64,000 nucleotides of DNA from Cycas panzhihuaensis (lineage: Eukaryota > Plantae > Cycadophyta): contig CM041465.1 in the NCBI GenBank assembly GCA_023213395.1, forward strand, positions 216,201,741 through 216,265,740. The letters run 5' to 3'. Below are positions 26,373 to 39,189 of the stretch, piece by piece; the first letter of the stretch is position 1, and each line of letters opens with the position of its first letter. Position numbers and translations under genes: made by a program. The notes beneath the pieces are model-generated. The model did no database searches. It saw only the letters and a program-made list of their open reading frames with translations, and was not told where the DNA came from.

Positions 26373-27056
26373 TTATTTCTCCTTGAACTTATGGTACCTG
26401 TACTTAAAAATAACTTTGAATACATGTGCTTTAGTTTGATAGTCAATATCCTTAATGTAGTTAACAATAGCTTGTCTTGTCATCCTTTTAACAAAATGTA
26501 TCTCTCTAATATTGTATAGTGTGAATAGCTTCCAAGTAGGTGTTGTAGAGGTAACTTGATTTGAATGAATGAAAATGGATTTATCTTGATCTTTGTCCTT
26601 TATTTGAGTTGAGTCCATGATATATATCATCTTATCAAATGTGATATTAGAATCATTATTTTTATTGAAAACTATACTAGTATAAGAAATGTTAGACATT
26701 TTATCATATGGTACCTACTCTAACATTTGCCTCACAGGAACAACATCATTAATGTAGTTAGTAATATTAAAATCTAGGGAATCTCCCCTATAAAGCAAAT
26801 CTAATATATTATACACTGATTTGGATGTAGTTATTTTAGAAACACTAGAAAATATATTATCATCTATGCTATGGAACAAAAGATCCAGGGCTTCATTGTC
26901 TCTTTTCAAGTCTTCTTTATTGTTTAGTTCATATCTATCATTGATATATTTCTAAAGGTTATTTGAGATTAAGTATACTTTCATTATGGTCCTCCAAAGT
27001 TGAAAGTCATTACTATTAAATACTGAAAAACTAATGTTGCTTGGATTTATTGCCAT
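26373..27056 (-). pseudogene. Copia-type Gag N-terminus (DUF4219/UBN2-like) plus a novel tail, with stops
   Basis: MAINPSNISFSVFNSNDFQLWRTIMKVYLISNNL*...KRDNEALDLLFHSIDDNIFSSVSKITTSKSVYNIL (ORFs 26715..26909 and 26373..26699). Confidence 0.75.
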
Positions 27057-28549
27057 TGTATGGAGGCTTTAGTATATAATCAACAAATATGGTTAACTAA
27101 GAGAGGTAATCCTCAAATGAAAGTTGAAGTAAAACTTTATAAAATCATAATGATTATAAGTAAAAGAATTAAGGATGCTCTTCTTCTTCAAATGAACTAA
27201 AAACCATATGTTAGTATGTAAACTTATACTTTTAAATTGATGTACTTTTATTAGAAAGACAAGAAGCTATATGTCTTTTTTGAATATAATATAACAAGAA
27301 ACCCTTAATGCTTTGAATGTCAATTAGCTTTCAGAGTATTGAATTGAACTTTTGAGACAACATAATCAATGAACCTTGAAACCTCAAGTTTTTACAAATT
27401 TTAAGTTGAGAAAAAAAGACTAAAGGCTTTGATAAAAAAGAGAATGACTTCTTGTCTAATATGCAAGACAAAGATATTAGATTTCACATGCCAAATTATT
27501 ACATTATAATAACAAGAATAAGTATATAAAACTTACAAAATTTAAACATAAACTATGCTCAAAGTGATTAAGAATACCAAGAAATTATTTATATTTGTTT
27601 GATGATGCAAAAAATGAAATAGAATCAATGTAGATAGTTACCTTTTATCATTTTGTAGCACTTAGGTTTCTTGAGGCTTAAGGAGCTGAAACTAATATTA
27701 GTTGGCTATAAAACAACTTAGAATATATACAAAAGCCAACAAAAAACTATAAGATGGTAGTTAGAAATAAATACTACTCAAATATAATTGTTTGAAATGA
27801 ATAAATGCTTAAAAAATATTATTAAATAAGTCTATCTTGGGTTGAACTAGAACCTCAACTTAATTAGCTTTAAAAAACCTACAAAATGATATCAAAACAT
27901 AATAAAATTGATTCCAACATGAAGTCTTTGAAATACCTTTTCGACGAATCTTACGGTTCAAAAATTGAAGTTGAAATGACTAAGTTATTACAAAAAATTT
28001 GAGCAGGTCTCTTTATGACTAATAGAATAATTGCTGAAAAAATGTGTCACTCAGTTGAAATGGGCTAAAATCTAACAAGTGATAATACCGCACTGAAGAG
28101 CTCTAAAATATGATTCTAGTAAGACTAGTTTTACTGAAAACTGATATGCCATGGATAAGTTATAGCATTAAATACGACAGGTGCTTTTAAGGTAAAAATA
28201 TAAAGAAAAAACTTAATAAAATAAATTACCCCCTTTTGAAAAATAGGGAGCACGATCACATGGAGTAGTTTTGAACCAAAAAATAGATCTCTATTAGGGC
28301 TATAGACCTCTAGCACTCAACGGATGCTTGTCTATACTTGAAAATAATTAAGATAAAAAAAAAAATCTTAAAGAGTGAAAGAATGCCTCTTAATAATGCT
28401 CAAATGTATGGTCACATGGACAAAGGAACCAAAGGAACCAAGGGCCAATTGAAGGGGGATAAAACCCTTAAACCCACCTAAGTTTCAAATCTTATTAATA
28501 AGAATTAAATTTTAAAAACCTTAATAACTTTGTAATATGAATCAAATCA

Positions 28550-28679
<130 letters not shown>

Positions 28680-29989
28680 AAATGCCATTGATGTCGCACG
28701 ACTCGCTGAGGACGCAGAGGCAATTTATGATCAAGATGATCAAGAAAAAATTTTTGAGAGCTTCAATATTCTCATGCACAGAGGGACACTCGCATCTAAA
28801 GAGATTGACAAATAAGATCTATCACCAAAAATAGGATGTAGCAAGTGTATTCAACACAGAAAGGAGTGACAAACATAGATGATGGAGGAAGAATTTTAAG
28901 TTGATTATCCTATGAAAATCAATTGAAGGACTTCAAAAATCTAGGGGGATGATGGGCACAACTACCTGTAACACCAATTAGTCAAAAAGAGATTGAAAAG
29001 ATGGTTTTTTTAATCATGTTTTGAGTGAAAACAGTGACGTAGAATAATGAACAACAAACATAGGTGATTTTTAGATGAAGAATGATTCCATAATCGATTA
29101 ATAATGAAGTGGATTTAATCACTGAGAGTTTACTTGATAGTGGCACCTTCAACCAATTGAAAATATTTTAAAAATATTTATAAAAATACATAAAATAAGA
29201 TCATGCCAAGGTTTACTAGTGCATCCACATACGGGTAATTTCACGCAGCTCGTACTCCTCACATAAGAAATGGATCTTGATGAAACTTGAGAGGCCTTTA
29301 GATCTCCTTGATAGCTAACTCCTTATAAATTCCAATGAAGATCTGATGCTTACACACTAAGAACAAAGCTATAGAGCCAATGAGGGTTGCACATGTGCTA
29401 GGAGGTCATATAGGATGAAAAGTGAGTCAAACGACCTTGAGACAACTTTGTATAGATCTTAAGAGGCCTACACCTGAGTTCAATCAGTGAAATGACAATT
29501 AAAATGAGTGAAAATAAGTAAATAAGAAAGGGGTAGTGGGGTTCCACTACCAAAACTGAGCAACTGAGGTTCCAGGTAAGATATCTTTGAGTAGGGGTAA
29601 CAATTTTCAGATCTGTCAAATGCGTTGTGAAGTTGTTTCAATGAGGATTCAAATAAGTAGTTGTGTGCTACAATTCTAAGCAACATAGAAGATATACTAG
29701 CCTATTAAAATCAAATAGCCTTACCTAACCTTTGAAAAAATGATGTAAAATAATAGAAAACTTGATATTTCATTAATTAAATTCAAAAACCAATTATACC
29801 AAACTATTGTTAGGCTTAGTGCACTCAAATTTATAGTAAATACTTGAAAAATTTGTAATTAATAAGCTTGTATATATGCAAAAATTAATTATTTATCAAA
29901 AAATATATAAGAAAACTATTAAAAGTTATAGTATGAACTAAGAAATTATTGAATAAACTTGCCATGGCTGATGTTAGAGCCAAGATCTA

Positions 29990-30001
29990 GCTCTGATACC
30001 A
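29990..30001 (-). promoter_or_regulatory. Primer-binding site (tRNA-iMet)
   Basis: Exact TGGTATCAGAGC on the minus strand, 2 bp from the LTR. Confidence 0.95.
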
Positions 30002-30003
30002 TA

Positions 30004-30337
30004 TGTTAGAAAATAAATCAGAGTGTAGAGTGGAGCATGTATGCAAATATCAATCCATCTTAAGAAACATAAGTGAAAATATCACATTGATTAAGCCATT
30101 ATTAAAAGTATACATTAAATCTCTAATAAGAGGTGGTGTTAAAAGACATAAGGGTTATTCACCTTGAAAAATATATAGTTACGAGGGAGGAAGGAAACCT
30201 CCTCAACCTCCAAAATTTAAACAATAATAAAATAATATGTAACTCAATTTAAAATTAAACTCACCTAACTTACCTTAATATGTGTGTGCTCACATGTGCC
30301 TAAGGTGCAAGTAGGGTGATGAGTATTAACCCCAATA
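30004..30337 (-). repeat. 5' LTR of gag-only element 1
   Basis: Aligns with 26007-26341; termini TG...TA(CA). Confidence 0.93.
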
Positions 30338-30827
30338 GTACTTAGATATATGCTACTATATAAAATAAAGTAGGTTACCTATTTACATAAGCCTTAGACA
30401 ATACCTACATATGAAAGTGAGTCTCTATGTATCTTTTGGTATAGAGGAGGACCCTTTTAGAATTTTATCCCTGTCCTAAAGTGGGAAACCTATTGATTGC
30501 CAAAAAATCTATAGTATACTAATTAGTAGTTAGTGCCAAGAAGCTTCCCTTCTTAAGCATCTTAGCATGACTATTATGGCTATGGGTATGGTGATCCTTT
30601 GTAGTTAGTACCCTAAGATATTAGGTTGAGTGTTAGAACTAATTGAGAAGTTGATTAAACGGCCTATAGACCATGTAAACCCTATGTTAGAAGCCTACTC
30701 AAGTTAGTTGCCTAATAACAACTTTGCATTGGCAAAATTTATTAATTAAGATATAGTAATCTAATTAAACTCTACTCTCAATAGAACATGAAGCATAAAT
30801 AAGTTACCAAGTTACTATAACTATAAC

Positions 30828-30952
<125 letters not shown>

Positions 30953-31575
30953 ACTAGCAATTAAAGTAAGTTAATTCAAATCTTGTTTTTAAACTCTCTC
31001 TTATCTAAACCTTCAACTATAAGTCTAAAAATTATCATCATAAAAGGGAAAAAAAAATGCTTACACTTTTATATCTTTATAGGGTCACTGTTGCACTCTA
31101 CAGAATCACCTTTATATAAATCATATTTTTTGGACCTATACCACTAATCTAAGCATTCGAAAGAAAAGGTATCCACAACTCAAATTTTACCCTTACTTTT
31201 TATATATCTTATTTTAACAAATACGTCGCATTGATCATTTTCTACTAGGTTAATTTCAATCTAATCTTTTTAGAAAATTTGATATACAAGAACCTCATAG
31301 GCTCCACAACTCAATTTTTACACTTAAAACCCACTTACATGATTTTGATGAGATTTTTACACTCGTTTTTATATATCATATGAGTTTATTATTATTTTTA
31401 TAGGGTTAATAGTCTATAAACACCCCCTCCCTCCCCACCCCATCTACACCACTCTCTGATTCTTTAATCTTATTATATCTACCTACTTCCCCTTTTTCAT
31501 AAATATCCTTTCTTTTTCTCTATCTCTCTTATTTAAATCCTCTTTTTTCTGTTTATAATAGTATATCTTATCTTG

Positions 31576-33865
31576 ATGCCACCCACATAAGTAGATCAAA
31601 TCCAAGTACTAAAGACTCAATTTATAGAGATATATCAAAACCAACCATAGATGAATACAAACTAAGACAAGTAGTCTATTGACTTTAATTAGAGATATGA
31701 TAAATTGGAATACAAAAGAGATAAGATGATCCCATAATTCATTGCATTGACAACTAACATCTCATCTACCTTAAACATAACAAGCCACTCACCTTGATCT
31801 CATAATCCTACACCTCTACTAATAGGTTTCTCATGTCCACCTCATAATCCCACATCTCCTTATAATCCCATACCTCCACCATGGTAATAATAGTCATAAT
31901 AAATTACCATATCAATATTTCATCTTATTCTTAATAGGGATGTCACAAAAAGTTAGATAAGTTGGAATCCTATTTTTCTTTAAATCTTATGTCCCTTGGA
32001 GTGGAGTTAACTTTTACCTCAATTTATCTAGATGGAAAAGCATACCATTGGTTCTACTGATGGTAGTATGAGACTCTAATAAATCAAATGTAGGGCATAT
32101 TCTATAAGAATTTTTGAAAATAATATGATAATACATGGAACCAATCCATCTTTACTCATCTCACTCATTTGAAATAAACAACATTGATGGAGGCATATAT
32201 AGATGAATTCCAAGTATTACAAAACTGAGTTTCTCAAGCACTTGATCGACAAATAGTTTTTGATATATATGTCTAGGCTTAAGAAGCATATTTAGATATG
32301 GTTTAGGGTGGACACCCTATTCAACTTAAGATATGCTATTTTGATGGCAAAGGTAGTCAAGGTTGAGTTTATCTTATAACATTCAACTACTTCTAAGTGT
32401 GGTTTTACATGGTACTAATATTCTTGACCCTCAAACCAACAACATCAATGTATTAAATTAAATAAGGTACAACATTTAATAACATGCCCCCTTTTAGGGT
32501 TGGTATAAATATCATTAATAGAAGAAATAGATATATGAAAACTAGCCTATATGTTAAGTGATCGAAAAAATAGACCCGTAGATGGTTTTCACTATTAGCC
32601 CCTAAGGATAAGTCTCCCTAGGAATGCTCCTTCAAGTCTCCTTGTTAACTATGTCCTCCACATTTATCCAGAACCACTTCAAGTAAAAGGCACACTTTGA
32701 AACATTTCCATCATAATTTTGATTGATAATGACACATCACTAAACTTCATTAACATATCCTTAGCTCACCAACTCAATCTATATATTATTCCTATGATTA
32801 AATTTACTTGTTCCTTACAAGGTTATTATACTCTCCATTGTGTTAGAATAATAAGAAAATTACATATTTAGGTTGGCACCTACCACCTAGTCTCAAATTT
32901 CTATGCCTTGTCTATATAGGAGGGCTTGATGTTATCCTTCAGGTCCAATGGCTCCAAACTCTTAGTGTGTATAGCATAAACAATTCACCTAATAGTCCCT
33001 TCATATTATTTCAGGATAATATAGGTTAAACACATAAGCATCATGGTATCCAATCACCCCCTAATAAACTCGTCTCTCTAAATTAAATGTGTAAGTACTT
33101 GAATAGTAGTATTGGCTATATACTCTATACAAATGACATTCAATCCCATACTAATGTCCACCCTAATATTCAAAACATCTTTACTAAGTACCAATCTGTG
33201 TTTGCCCTACTTCCTACCTACCCTCCCCCATGCCACAATTTTCACCACTCAATTGAACTCAAGCCCCCTCATGACCCTATTATCCTTTCACCCTTATCAA
33301 AATTTATACTTCTAAAATAATAACATCAAGAAAATCACTAATGAGTTAATTGACATGTGTATCATTTCACCTAATAAATCCCCTACACTACTATTATCTT
33401 AGATTAGAAAAAGGATGGTTCCTTTTAACTTTATGTCAACTACCATGAACTTAATAAAATCACAATTAAAAATAAAATTTTAACCTCCAAAATTGATGGC
33501 ATGTTATATGAAATCTATGGGACTATTATCTTCTCTAAATGAGACCTTTAATTAGGCTATTATTATATTCTTATTATCTAAGAGGATCATTATAAGACTA
33601 CCTTTTGAATACATCATAACCACTTTGAATTTTAGATCATGTCCTTTGGTATTTGTAATATTGTAACTATGTTTTAGGCCTTAATGAATGTTTTTTTTCC
33701 CCATTCCTTTGAAAATTTGTTATTATTTTCTTTAATAATGTTTTTATCTATAGTTCATACTTGCTTCATCACCTCCAATATTTGGAAGATGTCCTCAAGG
33801 TTCTCACCCAACACCAACTTTATGTTAAGTTATCTAAGTATGAACTTGGTAAATCTAAGTTGTAT
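31576..33865 (+). pseudogene. Chromovirus copy A gag-PR-RT (degenerate, truncated)
   Basis: Probable ATG at 31576. Protease at ~32670-32960. RT from ~33200 (LPPPCHNFHHSIEL) to LYVKLSKYELGKSKL. Confidence 0.75.
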
Positions 33866-35058
33866 AATATGTAAATATAATTGGATTCATATCAACATAT
33901 GGTATATTTCAGTATCAAACCATGATACTTAATATACCTTTTAACCTTAAAATCTTATCAAACATTTTCTTCATACTAAACCTAAGAATCATAAGACTTT
34001 ATAATAGTGAATCCCCATTAGGATACTTGTAACTACATCCATAAATACACCATAACATGTATCATGATATCTATAGTAGATCCATGTGTATCAATTAAAG
34101 TCACACTCATGTCTACAAGTGTATATGAGCCTATACACATGAACTCAACTGATAATAGTCTCCTCTTCCTCATCAATTTGTTGTGGATACAATAAAACCA
34201 CATATATCTCAAGAAAATATGTATCACATGCATAATAAATATTGACAAAAATTAATTATCAATAAAATTTCATCATTGACTTTATGTTCAAATACTACTT
34301 ATTAATATGTCCTTGTATTTAGTTACTTCTCCTTATTATATATTGATTTGGCTCTTCAATAATCTTCAATACTAGCTCATATTAACTCCATCACTAGCTT
34401 GATAATGACTCTTATAATATGTGCATGGATCATCCTTAGATGGTAAAGATCATCACCATGTGCATGTGGTCTTCAATCTCTATTTTGTCAACTTGCTTCT
34501 TTATTTTATTAAGTAACTCTGATCTATTGTCTTACTAGGACCTTCCTTCACTTAGGCTTTAAGAATTTAACCTTCACCTTAACTTTAATACCATGTTAAA
34601 ACTTGTTACATGGGATAATATATTGAAGTATGTAATGAAGTGGGAGATATGTAAAGCATTCATCAATATTAAATTATAAAGAGTAATAATGAACTATAAA
34701 AATTCATGAATGTTTATGATAAATATTAAAAAATAATTAATGAAGTATGTATGCATCAATATAGTGTAATAATTATAAGATAAAGGTAACACATAAGACA
34801 CCAAATTGATATGTAAAAAACCTAGGATGGAAAAAAACATAAGAGAAGGGTGGAGCTTTACTCTCTCTTAAATCTTAATTATTTAAATGATGTGTGTACA
34901 TATTTATAAGTTCATCATCCCATGTATAGACTAATCATATTGTGATAATAAATAAACTAATCACATCATATATGTAGAAAACCTTTCACATTGACCAATA
35001 ACTACATAACCACTTATTAGACATTATAGTAATATTTGTAAAACTAGATATTCTAAAA
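33866..35058 (-). mobile_element. Truncated non-autonomous LTR element (5' LTR ~34594-35058, PBS, partial internal region), same family as 39190-41391
   Basis: PBS actttaatacca at 34582-34593 then tgttaaaa. Internal 34428-34540 is homologous to 40778-40890. LTR end cacattgaccaat...gacatta matches ~39565-39605. Confidence 0.65.
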
Positions 35059-35923
35059 AAATTAACCAATAATAAGCATCTTTAATTAGTGAGATTCAAT
35101 GATAACACGTGGAAAAAAGGTTTAACCTACCTTTACCCTCTACTATACTATATTTCAATTAATTATTCATTATATGGCTATATTTTTTAGGTGTAATTTA
35201 ATTAAGCTAAGCCAAAGATAATAATTCCACCCAGGGATCCATTAGAATATAGATTAGTGATACTATTAACAAGGTAAGTATGACATGCCTAAATTTATAC
35301 CATGAAGAGTCCTAAACATAAAGCTAGCTTTGGAGATTAAGATTTTCCTAAGTCAAGATCATCCTTGAGATACTTCTCATATCTAAAATTATTTCCTATG
35401 CTCAAATTTTCCTAATAAAGATAAGATGCTCAATTATCATATGAAAAATCTCTATGTGGAGTCTCTCTACCTATTTTTCATCATATCTGGAATCTTCTAA
35501 AGGCCAATACACCATTGACTATTCTTGCTTTTGAAGCCATACTCAAGAAAGATAAAAATCTCACTATAGTTATGAACTTATGGATGATTAATAAATCAAA
35601 GAAAGTGGTGAAGTAATCAAGTACACCGACCTATAAAGTACAACCTAATATTTAGAAATAGATTTCACTATTTAATAGAGTATTTGGAAAGGAAGATTCA
35701 AAGAAGATAGAGCTATTGATACCCTACATCATATACTAAATTCAAGAGAGAATGTCAATATTTAACTAGGGAAGGGAAGGAATTGAAGCAAAGTAAAAAC
35801 TTCTATATAATGACATAGAAGTTTTATTTAATGGTTGGATAAATGGATATTGGAGATGCTCAACTAGTGGGTAAAAAATCTTAAGAAGCAACTATAACAC
35901 TCCTTTTCTTTTATTAAACTTAA

Positions 35924-36144
35924 TATTAGAATATTAGTGCATATTTATTTTTGTCCCACATGCAAATGGGTCCCACTCTCTCTATATTGACATGTATTAT
36001 AAATACACAACATTGTGTATCATATTGTATCATGTTGTAATAATGTTTTATTAATACAATGGAGGTACCTTAAGGGTACCGTTCGATCCTGTGCAGGTTT
36101 CTTTTCTATTTATGAAGATTGTTTGTACAGGTTGATTTTCAACA
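35924..36144 (+). repeat. 5' LTR of gag-only element 2
   Basis: Termini TA(TG)...CA; TATA-like tataaata at ~35997; near-palindrome ggtaccttaagggtacc. Confidence 0.93.
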
Positions 36145-36156
36145 TGGTATCAGAGC
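36145..36156 (+). promoter_or_regulatory. Primer-binding site (tRNA-iMet)
   Basis: Exact TGGTATCAGAGC directly after the LTR CA. Confidence 0.95.
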
Positions 36157-37604
36157 GCCCAGGTTGAGAGAGGTGTTTTTGTTTGGTATTGAAGCGATGA
36201 TTTGGGAGGTGCCATCAAGGGTTGAAAACATATTTGAGAGAATAAATATTAAAATTTCTGAAAAGTAATTGCAAAATTGAGATGAAATGACTTATTCTAT
36301 AAAATTTGAGTGGTTGCACTACAAATTTTGGGGTGAAAGTGTGAAAATTGTAGAAGAATTAATTTTAGCTTACTTTTTTTCTGTTACTATATTTTTGGAA
36401 CAAATTTACAACCTCAACTTCAAAGAGCCATAATTTTGGCTACAGGTATCCAAATGACCTCAATACTTTTTTGATTCTGTGTGTTTTTTAATTTACTTTC
36501 TAATGGAAGTGGTTTAGGGTTTATCAAAGTTTAGAGTGAAAAGTTATTAGTAGTTTATCAGAAGGTACTATTAAAGTCCCTAGAAACCCTAATTATGAAA
36601 TTCTTAAAGGGGGCATAACTTTTGATCTAGATATCAAAATTCAATTTCATTTAAATTGTTGGAATTGTATTTTAGAGGCCATAATTTGCATCCATATTTT
36701 ATGTATTTTTGAGCTATATTTTATTTTTAGAAATAAGTTTTTCGGGAATTTAAGGGTTTTATATTGATATGGTGACATGAATGAGGCAATGGTAATGAGA
36801 TAACTGTTTGAGACTCTCTTATATATGTTGTGCATGGAAGAGTATTATTGCAATGTGAGATGATATTAAGTCATATTAATATGAATATATTTGGCACTCT
36901 ATTAGTGATTTGAGATGTATGATGGTGATTGTTTAATGGCAATTTGAGTGCTTTTTTATATGTATTCGTATGAGAGAGCTATTGTAATGATGAAATAGTA
37001 TGGTAATGAAGCGATAGTGCATGTGTTTTCATGAATGAGTTGGATGGCATATGGCAACTTAGTGCTTCTTGGAATATGATTTACTTGAAGGAGCTTTATG
37101 GGCATGACAAGGTAAATTTGAGGACAAGAAAAATGATGATTTGAGGCAATGAGGCACTTGTTGCATGTGAGTTTACATGAAAAGATTGGATATTTATTAG
37201 GCATGTTAAGGGAGAAATTAGGGTTGTTTTCATGATGTTTTTTTAATTGATTATATATGAAGAAGGATGAGTTTTTTGAAGTTACCTGAGTTGTAGGGAA
37301 ACAAACTTTATTAAGTGGTGTTATGGTATGAGTTGTGTTTTGGGCAATTAAGTGAAGTATGATGTGTCTTGGTGATTTCATGGTGATGTGAGGTATGCAT
37401 GATTTCTATGAGATGTATGTGGTATAAGCTTTAATTATATGGTGAAGTAAGTATTTCTTTGTATGTGACTATTTAGCAATATGTGAGATGCATAAGACAA
37501 TGATGTGATGATGAAGTTTGTAATATGAGGGACATGAGATATGAGAATGTTTATTGAGATTGGTGAGTAAATTTGGTGATTAAAAGAAGATGTGGTATTA
37601 GAAA

Positions 37605-38760
37605 ATGGCATTTACAATCATGGAGGATAATGATGTGGTTATGTATATTCCTAAAACAAATGAATACTACCTAAGGGATTTGTTTCTTCCAGTACCTAAG
37701 TGTAATGGTGAAGACTACTTCTTTTGGATAATTAAAATGAGATGTTTATTCATAGTAGAGATTTGTGGAAGATTTCTACTGATGAATATGATATCCCTAA
37801 GGATGAAGAAGAAAAGGAAATGCTTGAGAAGAAAGACATAAAAGTATTCATTATGATTCATGCTATATTCAATAAGGCTGATCTTCCTCCCAAATACCAT
37901 TTTGTCATTCCTATGATTCTACATGCAAGTACTACCAAAGAAGCTTGGGATTTTCTAATGGAAGTATTTGAACAAACACTTGAAGAGACACAACAAATGA
38001 TTGAAAAGGCAATTAAGGCCAGTTATGGTTATGGTACATATACAATGAATGAAGAAAATATCATTAACACTGATGAAATGACATGTCAAGAGGAAGAATG
38101 TATGAGTACTAATGAAATTTCTACTAAATGTAAAGAAATGATGGTTGAATGTATTGATGAGACTACAACTACTAATGAAGACATTGAAAGTGATGAGTTA
38201 ATAAAGGTTTATATAGATGACACCATGATTTCAAGAGAAATTGAAAATAAATTCAATGGTCCTATAAAGGATGAGTCTTATATTGATGATATTCCTACTT
38301 TAAGTATTGATTCAAGTTTGAATGATGTTCCTTCTTTGAGCATTGATTCAAGTTCAAAGAGTATGCAAGTTAATCAAGATCTCATTCCAAAGGTTGAAGA
38401 AATCATTGTTGTACATGGTGATCAAGAACTTATACAGGATAATGATGATAAGCAAGTTGTATTTGAAGGTGGTTACTTACAGGATCTTCATAAAAATTAG
38501 AATAGACCAGCCACAATGAAGAATCAATATTTGCACTTACTAGAGCAGCTACATTAACATCATCACTACATGATGGAAGATGAAAATCAAGCTGAGAACA
38601 TCATACTACAAAGGTATTAGTATAAAATTAAAGACAAAAATCAAGATGAAGATAACATTCTATATGAAAGACATCACTACAAGATTGGAGACAAGGATCA
38701 AGTTAAAGAAATCATCTTTAAGACATTTCTAAGGATAAGGCATTGTAAATACAAATGACC
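37605..38760 (+). pseudogene. Copia-type Gag (DUF4219/UBN2-like) with acidic repetitive extension; one frameshift near 37757, stop at 38500
   Basis: VPKCNGEDYFFWIIKMRCLF / SRDLWK...ASTTKEAWDFLMEVFE (ORFs 37605..37841 and 37742..38500), then a D/E-rich region and a broken tail. Confidence 0.82.
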
Positions 38761-38781
38761 AAAATGTGCATTAAGGGGAAG

Positions 38782-39004
38782 TGTTAGAATATTAATGCAC
38801 ATTTATTTTTATCCCACATACAAATGGGTCCCACTCTCTCTATATTGTCATGTATTATAAATACACAACATTATGTACCATATTGTATCATGTTGTAATA
38901 ATATTTTATTAATACAATGGAGATACCTTAAGGGTACCTTTCGATTCTGTGGAGGTGTTATGTTCTATTTGCCAATATCTTATTGCATGTTCTATTTTTC
39001 AACA
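38782..39004 (+). repeat. 3' LTR of gag-only element 2
   Basis: TG...CA, after the PPT and before TSD CTTAA. Confidence 0.93.
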
Positions 39005-39189
39005 CTTAATAGATAGATAAATACCCTTTTCATTATTACATCCTTATAGATAAATTTTTATATGAAATTATAAATATGTTAAGCCTAATAAGTTAAATTA
39101 ATAGGTATGTATAGTAACTTTTAGTAGGTATTAATGGTCACAAAATGAGAGATTTATACCTATTCTCAAAATATTACACCACTTAACTT

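Larger units (their letters stand above)
35924..39004 (+). mobile_element. Complete non-autonomous gag-only (TR-GAG-like) copia-derived LTR element, 3081 bp
   Basis: LTRs 35924-36144 and 38782-39004. TSD CTTAA at 35919-35923 and 39005-39009. Exact PBS at 36145. PPT aaggggaag at 38773-38781. Confidence 0.95.

Noticed and set aside
36145-36159. tRNA gene at the TGGTATCAGAGC motifs
   Set aside because: These are 12-13 nt primer-binding sites complementary to the tRNA-iMet 3' end; there is no cloverleaf.
36956-37381. 141-aa minus-strand ORF
   Set aside because: It is antisense to the low-complexity G/T/A-rich leader of gag-only element 2 and shows no domain signal.
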